64,000 bases of DNA from Gammaproteobacteria bacterium (GTDB lineage: Bacteria > Pseudomonadota > Gammaproteobacteria > SZUA-152): NCBI GenBank assembly GCA_021647505.1, contig JAKIUN010000005.1, positions 33,927 through 97,926 of the forward strand. The letters are read 5' to 3'. Within the stretch, counting starts at the first letter, position 1, and each line of letters begins with the position of its first letter. The position numbers and the translations under genes were made by a program. The notes below the pieces were generated by a model, which ran no database searches, was not told the origin of the DNA, and saw only the letters and a list, made by a program, of their open reading frames with translations. Shown one piece after another: positions 52,039 to 63,565 of the stretch.

Positions 52039-55000
52039 GTGACCCTCACTCGGCTCGGCCTCGGCAACCCGGTGGCGGTGGTGGTGGGTGTGCTGCTGGC
52101 CATCCTCTTTGGCCTCATTAGTCTGGGTCGCCTGCCGGTGCAGCTCACCCCCGAGGTGGAGCAGCCGCAGATCACCATCACTACCCTGTGGCGCGCCGCT
52201 GCGCCACAGGAGGTGGAGTCCGAGATCATCGAACCGCAGGAGGATGCGTTGCGCGGCCTGCCGGGGATGACCAAGATCCTCGCCCGCGCCCAGCGTGGCC
52301 GTGCGCAGATCGTCATTACCTTTCAGGTAGGCACCGACCTGCGTCGCGCCCTGCTGGATATTCTCTCGCGACTCAACCGTGTGCCGCGTTATCCCGTCGA
52401 CGCCCAGGAACCTACCCTCAGCGCCATCGGCGGCAACTCACGCGCCATTGCCTGGTTTATTCTGAAGCCGGTGGGCGACAATGATCGCGACATCGCCAGC
52501 TACCAGGACTACGTGGAAGAGGTGGTGCAAGCCCGCTTTGAGCGCGTGCCGGGGGTGGCTCTGTCCGAGGTGCGCGGCGGACGTGAGCGTGAGGTACGCA
52601 TTACCTTTGATCCCTATAAAGCCGCCAGTCTTGGCGTGCAGTTGCCCGAGGTGGCGCGCCTGGTGGGCGGGGCCAAGGACATCACTGGTGGCTACGGCCA
52701 CGTCGGCAAGCGCCGCTATACCCTGCGTTTTGCCGGCCAGTACGCCCTGGGTGATTTGGGTGAGATGGTGCTGGACTGGCGCGATGGCAATCCCGTCTAC
52801 CTGCACGACGTGGCCGATATCGAAGTGCGCATGGTGGATCGTACCGGCTTCGTGATCCAGAACGGTGGGCCGGCGATGGCGGTCAATGCCCACCGTGAGA
52901 CTGGCGTCAACGTGCTGCAAGTTATGGCGGGGCTCAAGCAGGCGGCGGAAGAGTTGCGTGAAGGGCCGCTCAAGCGCGCCCATCTGAGCCTCGAACAGGT
53001 CTACGACGAGACCCTGTACATCGACCGTTCCATCGAGATGGTGCAGACCAATCTCGGCCTCGGCATGCTGTTGGCGGTGGGCGTGCTGTGGTGGTTCTTC
53101 CGCCGCCTGCGCGCCACCCTGATAGTGGCGGTGGCGATCCCCGTCTGCGTGGTGTCTTCCTTCGTCGTGCTGGACGCCGCCGGGCGTACCCTCAATGTCA
53201 TCTCCCTGGCCGGTCTGGCCTTCGCCGTGGGCATGGTGCTGGACGCCGCCATCGTGGTACTGGAGAGTGTCGTGCGTCTACGCGAGCGCGGCATGGACGC
53301 GGCCGAGGCCGCCGAGGAGGGTACGCGCCGGGTGTGGGGGGCGTTGTTGGCCTCCACCGCCACCACGGTGGCCATCTTCCTGCCGGTGGTATTTCTTCAG
53401 GACGAGGCCGGGCAGTTGTTCGCTGACTTGGCGCTGACCATTGCCGTGGCGGTCAGCGTATCCCTGCTGGTAGCGGTCGTTGTGCTGCCTGTGGCCTCGG
53501 CCAATTGGCTGGGTCGGACGGCGATGCGTGATCCCCATGCCCACTGGTGGATAGCCGGTAGCCGTCTGATTATGCGGCTTACGGATACGCCGCTGCGCCG
53601 CAACCTGTGGATTATCAGCCTGATCACGCTGCCACTGGCTCTGGCTTGGCAGTTCAAGCCAGAGGCGGACTATCTGCCCGAGGGCAACCGCAATCTGGTC
53701 TTCGCCTTCATCCTGCCGCCCCCTGGCACCAACATCGATACCCTGGAAGAGGAGCTGGGCCGCGTAGTCGCCCAGCGCATGCAGCCGCACATCGACGGCA
53801 CGGCCGAGCCGGCGGTGGACAATTATTTCTTTGTCGCTTTTGCGCGCGGCGTGTTTATGGGTGCGCGCACCATGGATCCGGACAGAACCGATGAGCTGGT
53901 ACCGCTTATCAACCGTATCATTGGCGGTTTTCCAGATACCATCGCCTTTGCCCGGCGCGCCTCTCTATTCGGTGGTTTTGGGGGGGGGCGCACCATCGAC
54001 ATGGACATCCAGGGTTCCGATATCGAGTCACTGCTGGCGGCGGCGCAGGCCGGTTATGTCGCCTTGCAGGCGGCCATGCCCGAGCACGAGCCTCGACCGC
54101 GTCCAGGGTTGGATCTGGCCGAGCCGGAGCTACGCCTGCTGCCGGACGAACGGCGTATCAGCGAGGCGGGTTGGAGCCGCACTGAGATGGCGCAAATCAC
54201 TCGCGCCCTGGGCAGCGGCCTGCTGGTGGGCGATTACTTTGATGGTCAGCAGCGTCTCGACGTGATCCTGCGCGGCCCGGATTGGCACAGTCCCGAGGCC
54301 CTCGCCGACACGCCTCTGGCCACCCCCGACGCGGGTGTGCAATCCCTTGGTGAGTTGACCCGGGTAGTGCGTACCGCCGGGCCGGACGAAATCCGCCGTA
54401 TTGACCGCCGCCGCACCATTACCCTGGAAGTGCAGGCACCCGATGATATGTCCCTGGAAGGCACCATGACGCTGCTGAAACAGACGGTGAACCCCAAGGT
54501 CGAGCCGCTGTTGCCTGCGGATGGCGAGATTCACTACGGCGGCACTGCCGACAAGTTACAGCAGGCCTTAAAGAGCATGAGCAGCAGTTTCTGGCTGGCC
54601 ATCGCCCTGCTGTATCTGCTGATGAGTGCGCTGTTTCGCTCCTTTCTCGACAGCCTGCTGGTGATCCTGGCCATCCCGCTGGCCACTGTGGGTGGTGTGA
54701 TCGCCCTGCACTTGACCAATCTGGTGGTGTTTCAGAGCATGGATCTGCTGACGATGATCGGCTTCATCATTTTGCTCGGTCTGGTGGTGAACAACGCCAT
54801 CCTGCTAGTGCACCAGACCCGTGAGGCCGAGCGCCGAGGCCTGACTCGCCGCGATGCGGTGGCCGAGGCCGTGCACCTGCGCCTGCGGCCGATCCTCATG
54901 AGCACCCTCACCAGCATCTTCGGCATGCTGCCGCTGCTGCTGATGCCGGGCGCGGGCAGCGAGCTGTATCGCGGTCTGGCGGCGGTGATCGTCGGTGGTA

Positions 55001-55089
55001 TGAGTGTCAGCACCGTGTTTACCCTGATCCTGTTGCCCAGTCTGCTGCGTCTGGGCGAGGGCAAGGGACGCAAAGCGGCTATGCCGTGA
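52039..55089 (+). CDS. efflux RND transporter permease (AcrB/CzcA family)
   Basis: 1016 aa, 12 TM, conserved RND motifs (GLISLGRLPVQLTPEVEQP...). GTG start 4 nt after the MFP stop. Confidence 0.9.
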   Translation: MTLTRLGLGNPVAVVVGVLLAILFGLISLGRLPVQLTPEVEQPQITITTLWRAAAPQEVESEIIEPQEDALRGLPGMTKILARAQRGRAQIVITFQVGTDLRRALLDILSRLNRVPRYPVDAQEPTLSAIGGNSRAIAWFILKPVGDNDRDIASYQDYVEEVVQARFERVPGVALSEVRGGREREVRITFDPYKAASLGVQLPEVARLVGGAKDITGGYGHVGKRRYTLRFAGQYALGDLGEMVLDWRDGNPVYLHDVADIEVRMVDRTGFVIQNGGPAMAVNAHRETGVNVLQVMAGLKQAAEELREGPLKRAHLSLEQVYDETLYIDRSIEMVQTNLGLGMLLAVGVLWWFFRRLRATLIVAVAIPVCVVSSFVVLDAAGRTLNVISLAGLAFAVGMVLDAAIVVLESVVRLRERGMDAAEAAEEGTRRVWGALLASTATTVAIFLPVVFLQDEAGQLFADLALTIAVAVSVSLLVAVVVLPVASANWLGRTAMRDPHAHWWIAGSRLIMRLTDTPLRRNLWIISLITLPLALAWQFKPEADYLPEGNRNLVFAFILPPPGTNIDTLEEELGRVVAQRMQPHIDGTAEPAVDNYFFVAFARGVFMGARTMDPDRTDELVPLINRIIGGFPDTIAFARRASLFGGFGGGRTIDMDIQGSDIESLLAAAQAGYVALQAAMPEHEPRPRPGLDLAEPELRLLPDERRISEAGWSRTEMAQITRALGSGLLVGDYFDGQQRLDVILRGPDWHSPEALADTPLATPDAGVQSLGELTRVVRTAGPDEIRRIDRRRTITLEVQAPDDMSLEGTMTLLKQTVNPKVEPLLPADGEIHYGGTADKLQQALKSMSSSFWLAIALLYLLMSALFRSFLDSLLVILAIPLATVGGVIALHLTNLVVFQSMDLLTMIGFIILLGLVVNNAILLVHQTREAERRGLTRRDAVAEAVHLRLRPILMSTLTSIFGMLPLLLMPGAGSELYRGLAAVIVGGMSVSTVFTLILLPSLLRLGEGKGRKAAMP

Positions 55090-55454
55090 GCCGGGCGCAG
55101 TCATTTGCCGATTTCCTCATGCGCATGCGCAACATTCGCGCCTGGGGCGTGGCCATCGGCCTGGCCGGTCTGTTGCTGTGGACGTGGCTGGATTGGCCGG
55201 CGGAACGAATTTCACTGGAGAATTCCATTGCGGAGGTAGTGTCATTGTCGGCGGCGTCAACGGAGAATGCCCTGTCCGTGGTCATGGTACGATTGCCCGA
55301 TGGCCGGCAGGTGCGCTTGATCCTTGCCGCCTCTGACCGGCCGGCCCCGGGCTTGCGTCTGCCCCTGATCCACGAACGCTATGCCGACGGCAGCGAGACC
55401 TTTGCCCTCGACCGCATGCAGTGGCAGCTGGACGGCGCGTCCGCAAGCCCATAG
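55086..55454 (+). CDS. hypothetical small membrane protein (122 aa), translationally coupled to the RND gene
   Basis: The GTG overlaps the RND stop. One TM helix. Confidence 0.4.
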   Translation: MSRAQSFADFLMRMRNIRAWGVAIGLAGLLLWTWLDWPAERISLENSIAEVVSLSAASTENALSVVMVRLPDGRQVRLILAASDRPAPGLRLPLIHERYADGSETFALDRMQWQLDGASASP

Positions 55455-55466
55455 ACGGAGGCTTTC

Positions 55467-56141
55467 ATGACTTTTTCCCTGACTACCGACGACCTCCTTG
55501 AACGCCTGTTTCCCGCCGCCGAGCCCGGCTTGGAGGCGCTGCGCCGGGGTGTGGAGCAGGTATGCCTGCCGGCGGAGCAGGTGGTGTTCCGCCGGGGTGA
55601 CCCCTGTCGCAATTATTTGTTGGTGGTGCAGGGTTCGGTGCGGGTGCAGGTGCTGGCCGCCAACGGCCGCGAGATCACTCTGTACCGGGTGCGTGACGGA
55701 CAGTCCTGTGTGATCACCACTTCCTGTTTGATCAGCATCGAATCCTATCCCGCCGAAGGGGTAGCCGAGGTGGAAACCACCGCGTTGGTGGTGCCGCAGC
55801 CGGTCTTCGATCAGGCGCTGGGCGACTCGGCCGAGTTTCGCCGTTTCGTCTTCGCCAACCAGGGCCAGCGCCTCGGCGACCTGATTCAGCGTGTCGAAGA
55901 TGTCGTCTTCGGCCGCATCGATGTGCGCCTGGCGCGTCTGTTGATGACGCTGAGCGAACACGGTGCGCAGCCCATCGCCATCACTCACCAGCAACTGGCC
56001 AGTGAGCTGGGGTCAGCGCGTGAAGTGATCAGTCGTCAGTTGAAGCAATTTGCCGGGCGGGACTGGGTCTGCATCGGCCGAGGCGTGATCGAAGTGAAGG
56101 CGCCGGCGGCGCTGGATGAGCTTGCCCGGCAGAGTGATTGA
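55467..56141 (+). CDS. Crp/Fnr family transcriptional regulator
   Basis: cNMP-binding beta-roll plus C-terminal HTH (LASELGSAREVISRQL). Confidence 0.8.
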   Translation: MTFSLTTDDLLERLFPAAEPGLEALRRGVEQVCLPAEQVVFRRGDPCRNYLLVVQGSVRVQVLAANGREITLYRVRDGQSCVITTSCLISIESYPAEGVAEVETTALVVPQPVFDQALGDSAEFRRFVFANQGQRLGDLIQRVEDVVFGRIDVRLARLLMTLSEHGAQPIAITHQQLASELGSAREVISRQLKQFAGRDWVCIGRGVIEVKAPAALDELARQSD

Positions 56142-56216
56142 CCCGGCGCCTGCCGATTTTTCGTTAGATGGTACGACTGTCCGTCTCAAATGTGGGAGGG
56201 TTCTTGCCTGCACTTC

Positions 56217-56236
56217 TACCTGAAGCCACGGATTCA
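56217..56236. promoter_or_regulatory. dyad operator candidate CCTGAA-N8-TTCAGG (copy 2, inverted), 110 bp upstream of the DUF2892 gene
   Basis: The reverse complement matches 50018-50037 with one mismatch. Confidence 0.4.
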
Positions 56237-56346
56237 GGTTCTACTCTGTTCACTACAGCTGTGCACTTGTGTGACATTGTCACTGCACTTCGCCAGGATC
56301 GGGAGCAGGATGCGGGTAACTTGAATCGATGTGAAGGAGAAATGTC

Positions 56347-56556
56347 ATGGCGAACGTAGGTGGAGCTGACCGGGCTGTCCGTGTCATTGTGGGTGCTGTA
56401 GTGGTGGGCGCGACGGCGGTGGGCCCCTGGTCCGAGGTTTTATCGCCCTGGGGATATATTGGCGTTGTGCCGTTGCTGAGCGGGCTGATCGGCGTCTGCC
56501 CGGCATATTCTTTGATTGGCTTGAGCACAAAAAAACACGGTGATAACGCTCCCTAG
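56347..56556 (+). CDS. DUF2892 (YgaP-like) small membrane protein
   Basis: 69 aa, an R-x-I/V-G...GW...CPxY...G pattern. AAGGAG RBS. Confidence 0.55.
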   Translation: MANVGGADRAVRVIVGAVVVGATAVGPWSEVLSPWGYIGVVPLLSGLIGVCPAYSLIGLSTKKHGDNAP

Positions 56557-56696
56557 CGCTTACTCTAACCCCAGCGGCTCCCCACAAAAAACAGGTAGGG
56601 TGGGCAGGTTTTTCATGCCCACGTGGGGTATGCGCCAACCGCGTGGGCACAAAAAACGTGCCCTACAAAAATAACCGTTTTCTAGACGTACCGGCT

Positions 56697-58319
<1,623 letters not shown>

Positions 58320-58321
58320 GA

Positions 58322-59305
58322 TCAGGGACGTGGAAAGACCAGATTGAACTGGCGTTGCTGTTGATAGGAAATGCTCAGACCGAGGTGGCTTGCGGTACGC
58401 AGATTGACCGCGATACTGACTTCGCCGGTCGGCCGCAGGCCGGGTTTGGCGTCATTGCCGATGACGCGCAGAGCCAGGCGGCCCAGATCCCGTCCAAGTC
58501 CCTGTTTGTTAGCATAAAGAGAGAACAGTGCACCGCGACGCACATGGGCCGGGCTGCTGGAAAAAATGAGCAGGCGGCGCTGCCACGCCTCTTGCAGGAG
58601 ATAGGACAGCAGCGAAGTATCACCGGTCAGCGTACTGTCCTGTAGTACCCATAGAGCATCGCGGCCAGACTCCATCTCGTTGACCAGCTCGCGGTAGAGG
58701 CGGGCGGCGCTGCGGATATTCGTTGCTGGACGGGTGATGAGCGTCAACCCATGTTGTTTTGCCGCCGTCTCGGCCCAGGGCAGCAGCCACTGATGCCGCT
58801 CGGGGTTATAGATCAGATAAACACGCCGTGTCTTCGGTGCCAGCGCATGCAGGTGCTTGAACAGCAGCGAGGGATCGGACAGCAGGCTGATCGCCGGGTA
58901 AATGCCCATGTCGGCCTTGGACATGGACAGCAGGCCACCGGCAATGACGGGTGTCTTCAGTTGCAAGGCTTTTGCAGTCTCGATGCCCCGTCGTCCCAAG
59001 GCAATGATTACATCGTCAGGCCGCTGTTCAATACGCTGTTGCAGGGTCGCTATATCCGGTTCAAGAGGCACCTCCAGGGGAGTGATGATGCCCTTGGTTG
59101 TCTCTTCGATGCCACGGATGATTTGCTCGAACAGTGTTGCGTAGCCTCCCTTGGCATCGGGATAGATGACCGTGATATGAGGCTGTGCAGCTAGTGAGGT
59201 ATTGTCTGGCCATAGTGCCAGTGCCAATAACAGCAGTCCCGCATACGCCCAGTTTAGAGTGTTGGCGGGGCGCGGCTGAACGCGGCACTTACTGGCCGAA
59301 TTCAT
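58322..59305 (-). CDS. periplasmic ABC-type substrate-binding-like protein (COG2984-like), probable sensing partner of the adjacent kinase
   Basis: Signal peptide. Binding-protein-like fold pattern. The stop lies 3 nt before the kinase start. Confidence 0.55.
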   Translation of the reverse strand: MNSASKCRVQPRPANTLNWAYAGLLLLALALWPDNTSLAAQPHITVIYPDAKGGYATLFEQIIRGIEETTKGIITPLEVPLEPDIATLQQRIEQRPDDVIIALGRRGIETAKALQLKTPVIAGGLLSMSKADMGIYPAISLLSDPSLLFKHLHALAPKTRRVYLIYNPERHQWLLPWAETAAKQHGLTLITRPATNIRSAARLYRELVNEMESGRDALWVLQDSTLTGDTSLLSYLLQEAWQRRLLIFSSSPAHVRRGALFSLYANKQGLGRDLGRLALRVIGNDAKPGLRPTGEVSIAVNLRTASHLGLSISYQQQRQFNLVFPRP

Positions 59306-59816
59306 GGCGGGCCACCTCTGAGCGCAGATGGCCGCCTGCAGCAGATTTGAAGGGACGGGTGAGTAACACGGTGAGGGGCGATTTTAGCCGTAAGACCGAC
59401 TTCCATGAATTGAACAGGGCTTCCCTAGGCATACGAGACTTGGATCCATAATCGCTGGCATAAACAGATGTTGAATCCCGACAGCTGATTCAGTGGTCTC
59501 TTGAACCATTGCGTGATCCTATCGGTCGGCATCCGTTGGACTTGAATCAAGTGGACTCGCTGAACAGGGCATTGTCACTTTACTGTCCGGTACTAACTAC
59601 GCAGGGTACCGACTAAGGGGCTGCGGAGACAAGCGCTTTTTCCCATATATTGTACCTGAATTGCACCTGAATTGCTGGCTCCAGGGCGGATTCGGGGGGT
59701 TAGAATGTCGGTTTCACGGTGTAATCGGAAAATCCTGAGGTTTCCTGTTGGCGGGGAAAGTGTATCCTGCGGGTCGCTGAGAACTTTTGGTTTCACTTTA
59801 TAATCAATGGCTTGTG

Positions 59817-59915
59817 GAGGTGGCTGTATGATAGGCTTTGCCCTGCCTCCCGTTATGTGCAGTTATGTACGGAGGTAGCTGTATGATGCCTATGCGCTGA
59901 CTCCAGTTATGTCCA
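59817..59915. repeat. two tandem ~46-bp repeats (ggaggtRgctgtatgat...ccNgttatgtNcag) in the TonB-dependent receptor leader
   Basis: Direct repeat read from the sequence: 59817-59862 and 59870-59915. Confidence 0.45.
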
Positions 59916-60155
59916 GAGCAAATATCTTCCTCAATAACCTGGCAGCTGGTAAGGTTGGTCGCCGCCGCCTCTGCGCCTGACTGGAATCTTTGGCCGTCAC
60001 GGGGATGATTAGGAGAAAAAAGTACAACGAATGGTTTACACGGACAGGTTGAAGTGACTAAAGTCTGATGATTCGTGGCCGCTGGTGTAATGTCGTTCCA
60101 TATTGTATGCCGCCATGTTGCTGGCAGGAAACAATCCCTTTTTGGGCTATGTCGT

Positions 60156-62294
60156 ATGCAAAATAATACCGAATCTGCAAACCGTATTCGTTGCACGGGA
60201 ATGCCGATAGCATTTCTTTCATCCCTGTTCTTCAGTAGCGCCCTGTTGCTTGCCGCCCCGCTGGCGGCACAGTCGCTGGATGAGGACGATGCCTTCATGA
60301 TGATGGACGAAGAGATGATCTCCATCGCCACCGGTGGCCTGCAGCCGCTTTCGCAGGCCCCGGCCGTGGCGACGGTGATCACCAACCGGGATATCGAAGC
60401 CATGGGAGCCCGCAACCTGGACGAGGTGCTGGAGACGGTGCCGGGGCTGCATGTGTCCTATGCGTCACTGTATTTGAATCCCATTTACAGCATTCGCGGT
60501 ATCCGCACCGATACCAATCCTCATGTCTTGATGTTGGTCAATGGTGTGCCGTTGACGAATCTGTATCAGGGCAACCGTGGCTCTTTTTCCACCCTGCCGA
60601 TCGAGAATGTCGCGCGTGTCGAGGTCATTCGCGGCCCCGGTTCAGCTGTTTATGGTGCTGATGCCTTCTCCGGCGTCATCAATGTGATTACCAAGGGGGC
60701 GGGTGAGATCGATGGCACCGAAGTGATGGGTGAAATTGCCTCCTTTGGCACCCGCCGGACGGCCTTGCTGCATGGGCAACAGTTTGGCAAAATGGCGCTG
60801 GCGTTTTATCTGGGATACCAGCAGACCGATGGCGATGACGGGCGGATGATCGAAGAGGACGCCCAGACTCCGCTGGATCGTAGTCTGGGCACCACGGCAT
60901 CTCTGGCCCCCGGTTCTCTGGATACCCGGGGTAAGCGCCTGGATATACGCCTGGATGCCAAACGTGATCATTGGCAGTTGCGGTTGTGGAACTGGCGCTT
61001 GCAGGATATGGGGGTAGGCCCGGGACTGGCGCAGGCACTGGATCCTACAGGGCGTGTGGATTTTTCTAATTATCTTACCGATGTTACCTATGACAACCCG
61101 GACTTCGCCCGGGATCTGGGCCTACGGGCTACTCTCAGCTATATGGATACCAGCGGCAAGTCACGCCAGCGGCTATTCCCGGCTGGCACGCGCCTGCCCA
61201 TCGGCAGCGATGGCAATATTAACTCTGCGGGTTCATTTGTCGATTTTCCCGATGGCTTCATCGGCAATCCCTCCATCGACGAGCAGCACTGGCGCCTGGA
61301 CAGCAGCCTGTTTTACACCGCTCTGCAACACCATCGCCTGCGGCTGGGCATGGGCGCCTCCCTGGGGCGCTTTCAGGCGAGCGAGACAAAGAACTTCGGC
61401 CCGGGCGTGATCAATGGCACGCTGACCGACGTCACCGGCACGCCCTATATCTTTATGGGCGACCAGGAGCGGCAGGCCTATTACCTTTCCCTGCAAGACG
61501 AGTGGCAGTTTGCCCCCGACTGGAATCTCACCGCCGGTGTGCGCTATGACAACTACTCCGATTTCGGTGACACCGTGAATCCCCGCTTGGCCCTGGTCTG
61601 GCAGTCCCTCTATAACCTCACCACCAAGCTCCTCTATGGCCGTGCCTTCCGGTCGCCATCCTTCCAGGAGCTGTTCAACAAGAACAACCCGGTGGCCATT
61701 GGCAACGAAGACCTGAAGCCCGAGACCATCGAGACCTTTGAGCTGGCCTTCGATTACCAGCCCACCTTCGATATCCACATGACGCTGAATCTGTTCAGTT
61801 ATGAGATCAAGGATCTCATCGAGTTCGTGCCTACGGGTGGGGAAGAGGTTGCGGAGAACGTTGGTCGCCAGAAGGGGCGGGGCCTGGAATGGGAGCTGGC
61901 CTGGGACGTCAGTTCGGCGGTGGATATTCGCGCGAACTACGCCTTTCAGGATGCACGCGATGTCGCCACCGATGAGGCCGCTGTTGGTGTTCCCCGCCAC
62001 CAGTTCTACCTGCGGGGTGATTGGCGCTTTGTCCCGCAATGGAGTATCGACGGGCGCTTCAACTGGATTTCCTCGCGGGCGCGGCCCGCTGATGATCCCC
62101 GATCCGCCCTGGGGGGATACCGAACCGTGGATCTTTTTCTGCGCCGCACTGACATCTTCGGCAAGGGCGAACTGGGCTTCATGGTGCGCAATCTGCTGGA
62201 TCAGGATCGCCGGGAGCCCAGCCCGCAAGCCATCCCCAATGATTATCCCCTGGAAGGCCGTAGCTATAGCGTGACCCTGAAGCTGCATTTCTAG
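60156..62294 (+). CDS. TonB-dependent outer-membrane receptor
   Basis: Plug domain (TonB box region, RGPGSAVYGADAFSGVINVITK), 22-strand barrel, C-terminal aromatic residue (LKLHF). The start could be ATG 60156 or 60201. Confidence 0.85.
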   Translation: MQNNTESANRIRCTGMPIAFLSSLFFSSALLLAAPLAAQSLDEDDAFMMMDEEMISIATGGLQPLSQAPAVATVITNRDIEAMGARNLDEVLETVPGLHVSYASLYLNPIYSIRGIRTDTNPHVLMLVNGVPLTNLYQGNRGSFSTLPIENVARVEVIRGPGSAVYGADAFSGVINVITKGAGEIDGTEVMGEIASFGTRRTALLHGQQFGKMALAFYLGYQQTDGDDGRMIEEDAQTPLDRSLGTTASLAPGSLDTRGKRLDIRLDAKRDHWQLRLWNWRLQDMGVGPGLAQALDPTGRVDFSNYLTDVTYDNPDFARDLGLRATLSYMDTSGKSRQRLFPAGTRLPIGSDGNINSAGSFVDFPDGFIGNPSIDEQHWRLDSSLFYTALQHHRLRLGMGASLGRFQASETKNFGPGVINGTLTDVTGTPYIFMGDQERQAYYLSLQDEWQFAPDWNLTAGVRYDNYSDFGDTVNPRLALVWQSLYNLTTKLLYGRAFRSPSFQELFNKNNPVAIGNEDLKPETIETFELAFDYQPTFDIHMTLNLFSYEIKDLIEFVPTGGEEVAENVGRQKGRGLEWELAWDVSSAVDIRANYAFQDARDVATDEAAVGVPRHQFYLRGDWRFVPQWSIDGRFNWISSRARPADDPRSALGGYRTVDLFLRRTDIFGKGELGFMVRNLLDQDRREPSPQAIPNDYPLEGRSYSVTLKLHF

Positions 62295-62699
62295 CGGCGA
62301 TTCCGGCAAGGGTGCATGCGCCCCGAAACCCCTTTCGGGTTGGCTCTTGCCACAGAATAGACAATTTCTGTGTTTTGTCGGGCGGGCACTGCCCGCCTTG
62401 CACCCGTCTGTAGCGTGCGCCATGCGCACGATGTCCCGAATATATCGTTTTTTTACAGGAGCGGCCGGTCGCATCCTTTGGGCATCAGCTGCGGCGGATG
62501 CCGCTACAAGGGGGCCAGTGGAAGAACCCTCGAAAATGACGAGTCTGCGAAAATCACCATGATCTGTCGGTACCAACTGCCGAAAAATTGCACTCAATAA
62601 ACCCGTTGCGTATATCAGCCTCATTGCTCATTTCTGAGGCCAGGTCATAAATTTGATTTTCAAGATCTTCGTCGTTACTCCAGATTGCCGCTTTATGTA

Positions 62700-62782
62700 T
62701 ACAATATGATAGATGTGCGCTTGATCTATATCGTTCGATTCGACTATAATATTCGAAACGAACGATTAATGTGAGGGCATAA
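62700..62782 (+). promoter_or_regulatory. toxin-antitoxin promoter/operator (dyad tcgttcgattcga-ctataatat-tcgaaacgaacga around a TATAAT box)
   Basis: Inverted repeat centred on a -10-like hexamer, immediately upstream of the antitoxin gene. Confidence 0.45.
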
Positions 62783-62784
62783 TC

Positions 62785-63045
62785 ATGGATTCACTTTCGG
62801 CCAATGAAGCCAAGACACAATTTGGTGACATGCTTTTAAAAGCACAGCGAGCGCCTGTTCAAATAAACAAGAACGGTAAACCCGTTGCGGTTGTTATTTC
62901 GATGGATGAATACGAGAGCATCGAGGCACTCAAGCTAAGACTCTTGCAGTCAAGAGCGACCCAGGCAAAGGCTGATATCGAAGCAGGTCATACCATTGAT
63001 GGCGAGTCATTTTTTAATGACCTGGAATCTGGTCAGCACGACTAA
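62785..63045 (+). CDS. type II antitoxin, Phd/YefM family
   Basis: 86 aa with the Phd/YefM N-terminal pattern (TQFGDMLLKAQRAPVQINKNGKPVAVVISMDEYE). Confidence 0.75.
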   Translation: MDSLSANEAKTQFGDMLLKAQRAPVQINKNGKPVAVVISMDEYESIEALKLRLLQSRATQAKADIEAGHTIDGESFFNDLESGQHD

Positions 63046-63353
63046 TGACTCATTTTCGATTAACGCCGGACGTCAAATCTGATCTTATCGAAATACGTCG
63101 TTTTACGATCAAGCAATGGGACGTTGCGCAATCTCAAAAATACTTGTCGGCACTCCGGCAGACCATTCGCTTATTGGCCGAAACACCCACTCTGGGTAGA
63201 TCAAGGCCAGACCTTGGAACCGATGTGCTGGGCTTTCCCCAGGCAAGCCATGTCATTTATTACGTATTACATGAGCAACAACTGGTCGTGTTCGGTGTAC
63301 TGCACAAACTCATGGTGCCGCTGGATCACCTGTCCGGGCGAGAGGTAATTTGA
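63045..63353 (+). CDS. type II toxin, ParE/RelE family
   Basis: 102 aa. Overlaps the antitoxin stop (TAATG). ParE-like sequence pattern. Confidence 0.75.
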   Translation: MTHFRLTPDVKSDLIEIRRFTIKQWDVAQSQKYLSALRQTIRLLAETPTLGRSRPDLGTDVLGFPQASHVIYYVLHEQQLVVFGVLHKLMVPLDHLSGREVI

Positions 63354-63420
63354 TGTGGCTGATCCTACCGCTACCGTAGATTATATGTAACGACTCAGCA
63401 GCCCCAAGAAATTCGCTGAT

Positions 63421-63565
63421 TATTCACCACGAAGGACACGACGAAGAGCGAAGCGGGCAGTTAACTAGTTGAATTTATAGGTAAAGTTTCTGAAAGGCAG
63501 TATCAGCACGGCTCGTGTGTTGATTTTAAATCCTTTGTGCTCTTCGTGAGCTTCGTGGTGAATAG
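63421..63565. repeat. about 28-bp inverted repeats (ttattcaccacgaaggacacgacgaagagc / gctcttcgtgagcttcgtggtgaata) flanking a 90-bp AT-rich spacer
   Basis: Read directly from the sequence, downstream of the TA pair. Confidence 0.5.

Noticed and set aside
59817-59915. CRISPR array
   Set aside because: Only two direct repeats of ~46 bp, not identical, separated by a 7-bp spacer. There are no cas genes.
59804-60415. 203-aa minus-strand ORF
   Set aside because: It overlaps the 5' end of the TonB-dependent receptor gene, has an odd Ser-rich composition and no RBS. It is treated as spurious.
61233-62624. 463-aa minus-strand ORF
   Set aside because: It is antisense to the TonB-dependent receptor. 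It has no domain and no RBS.
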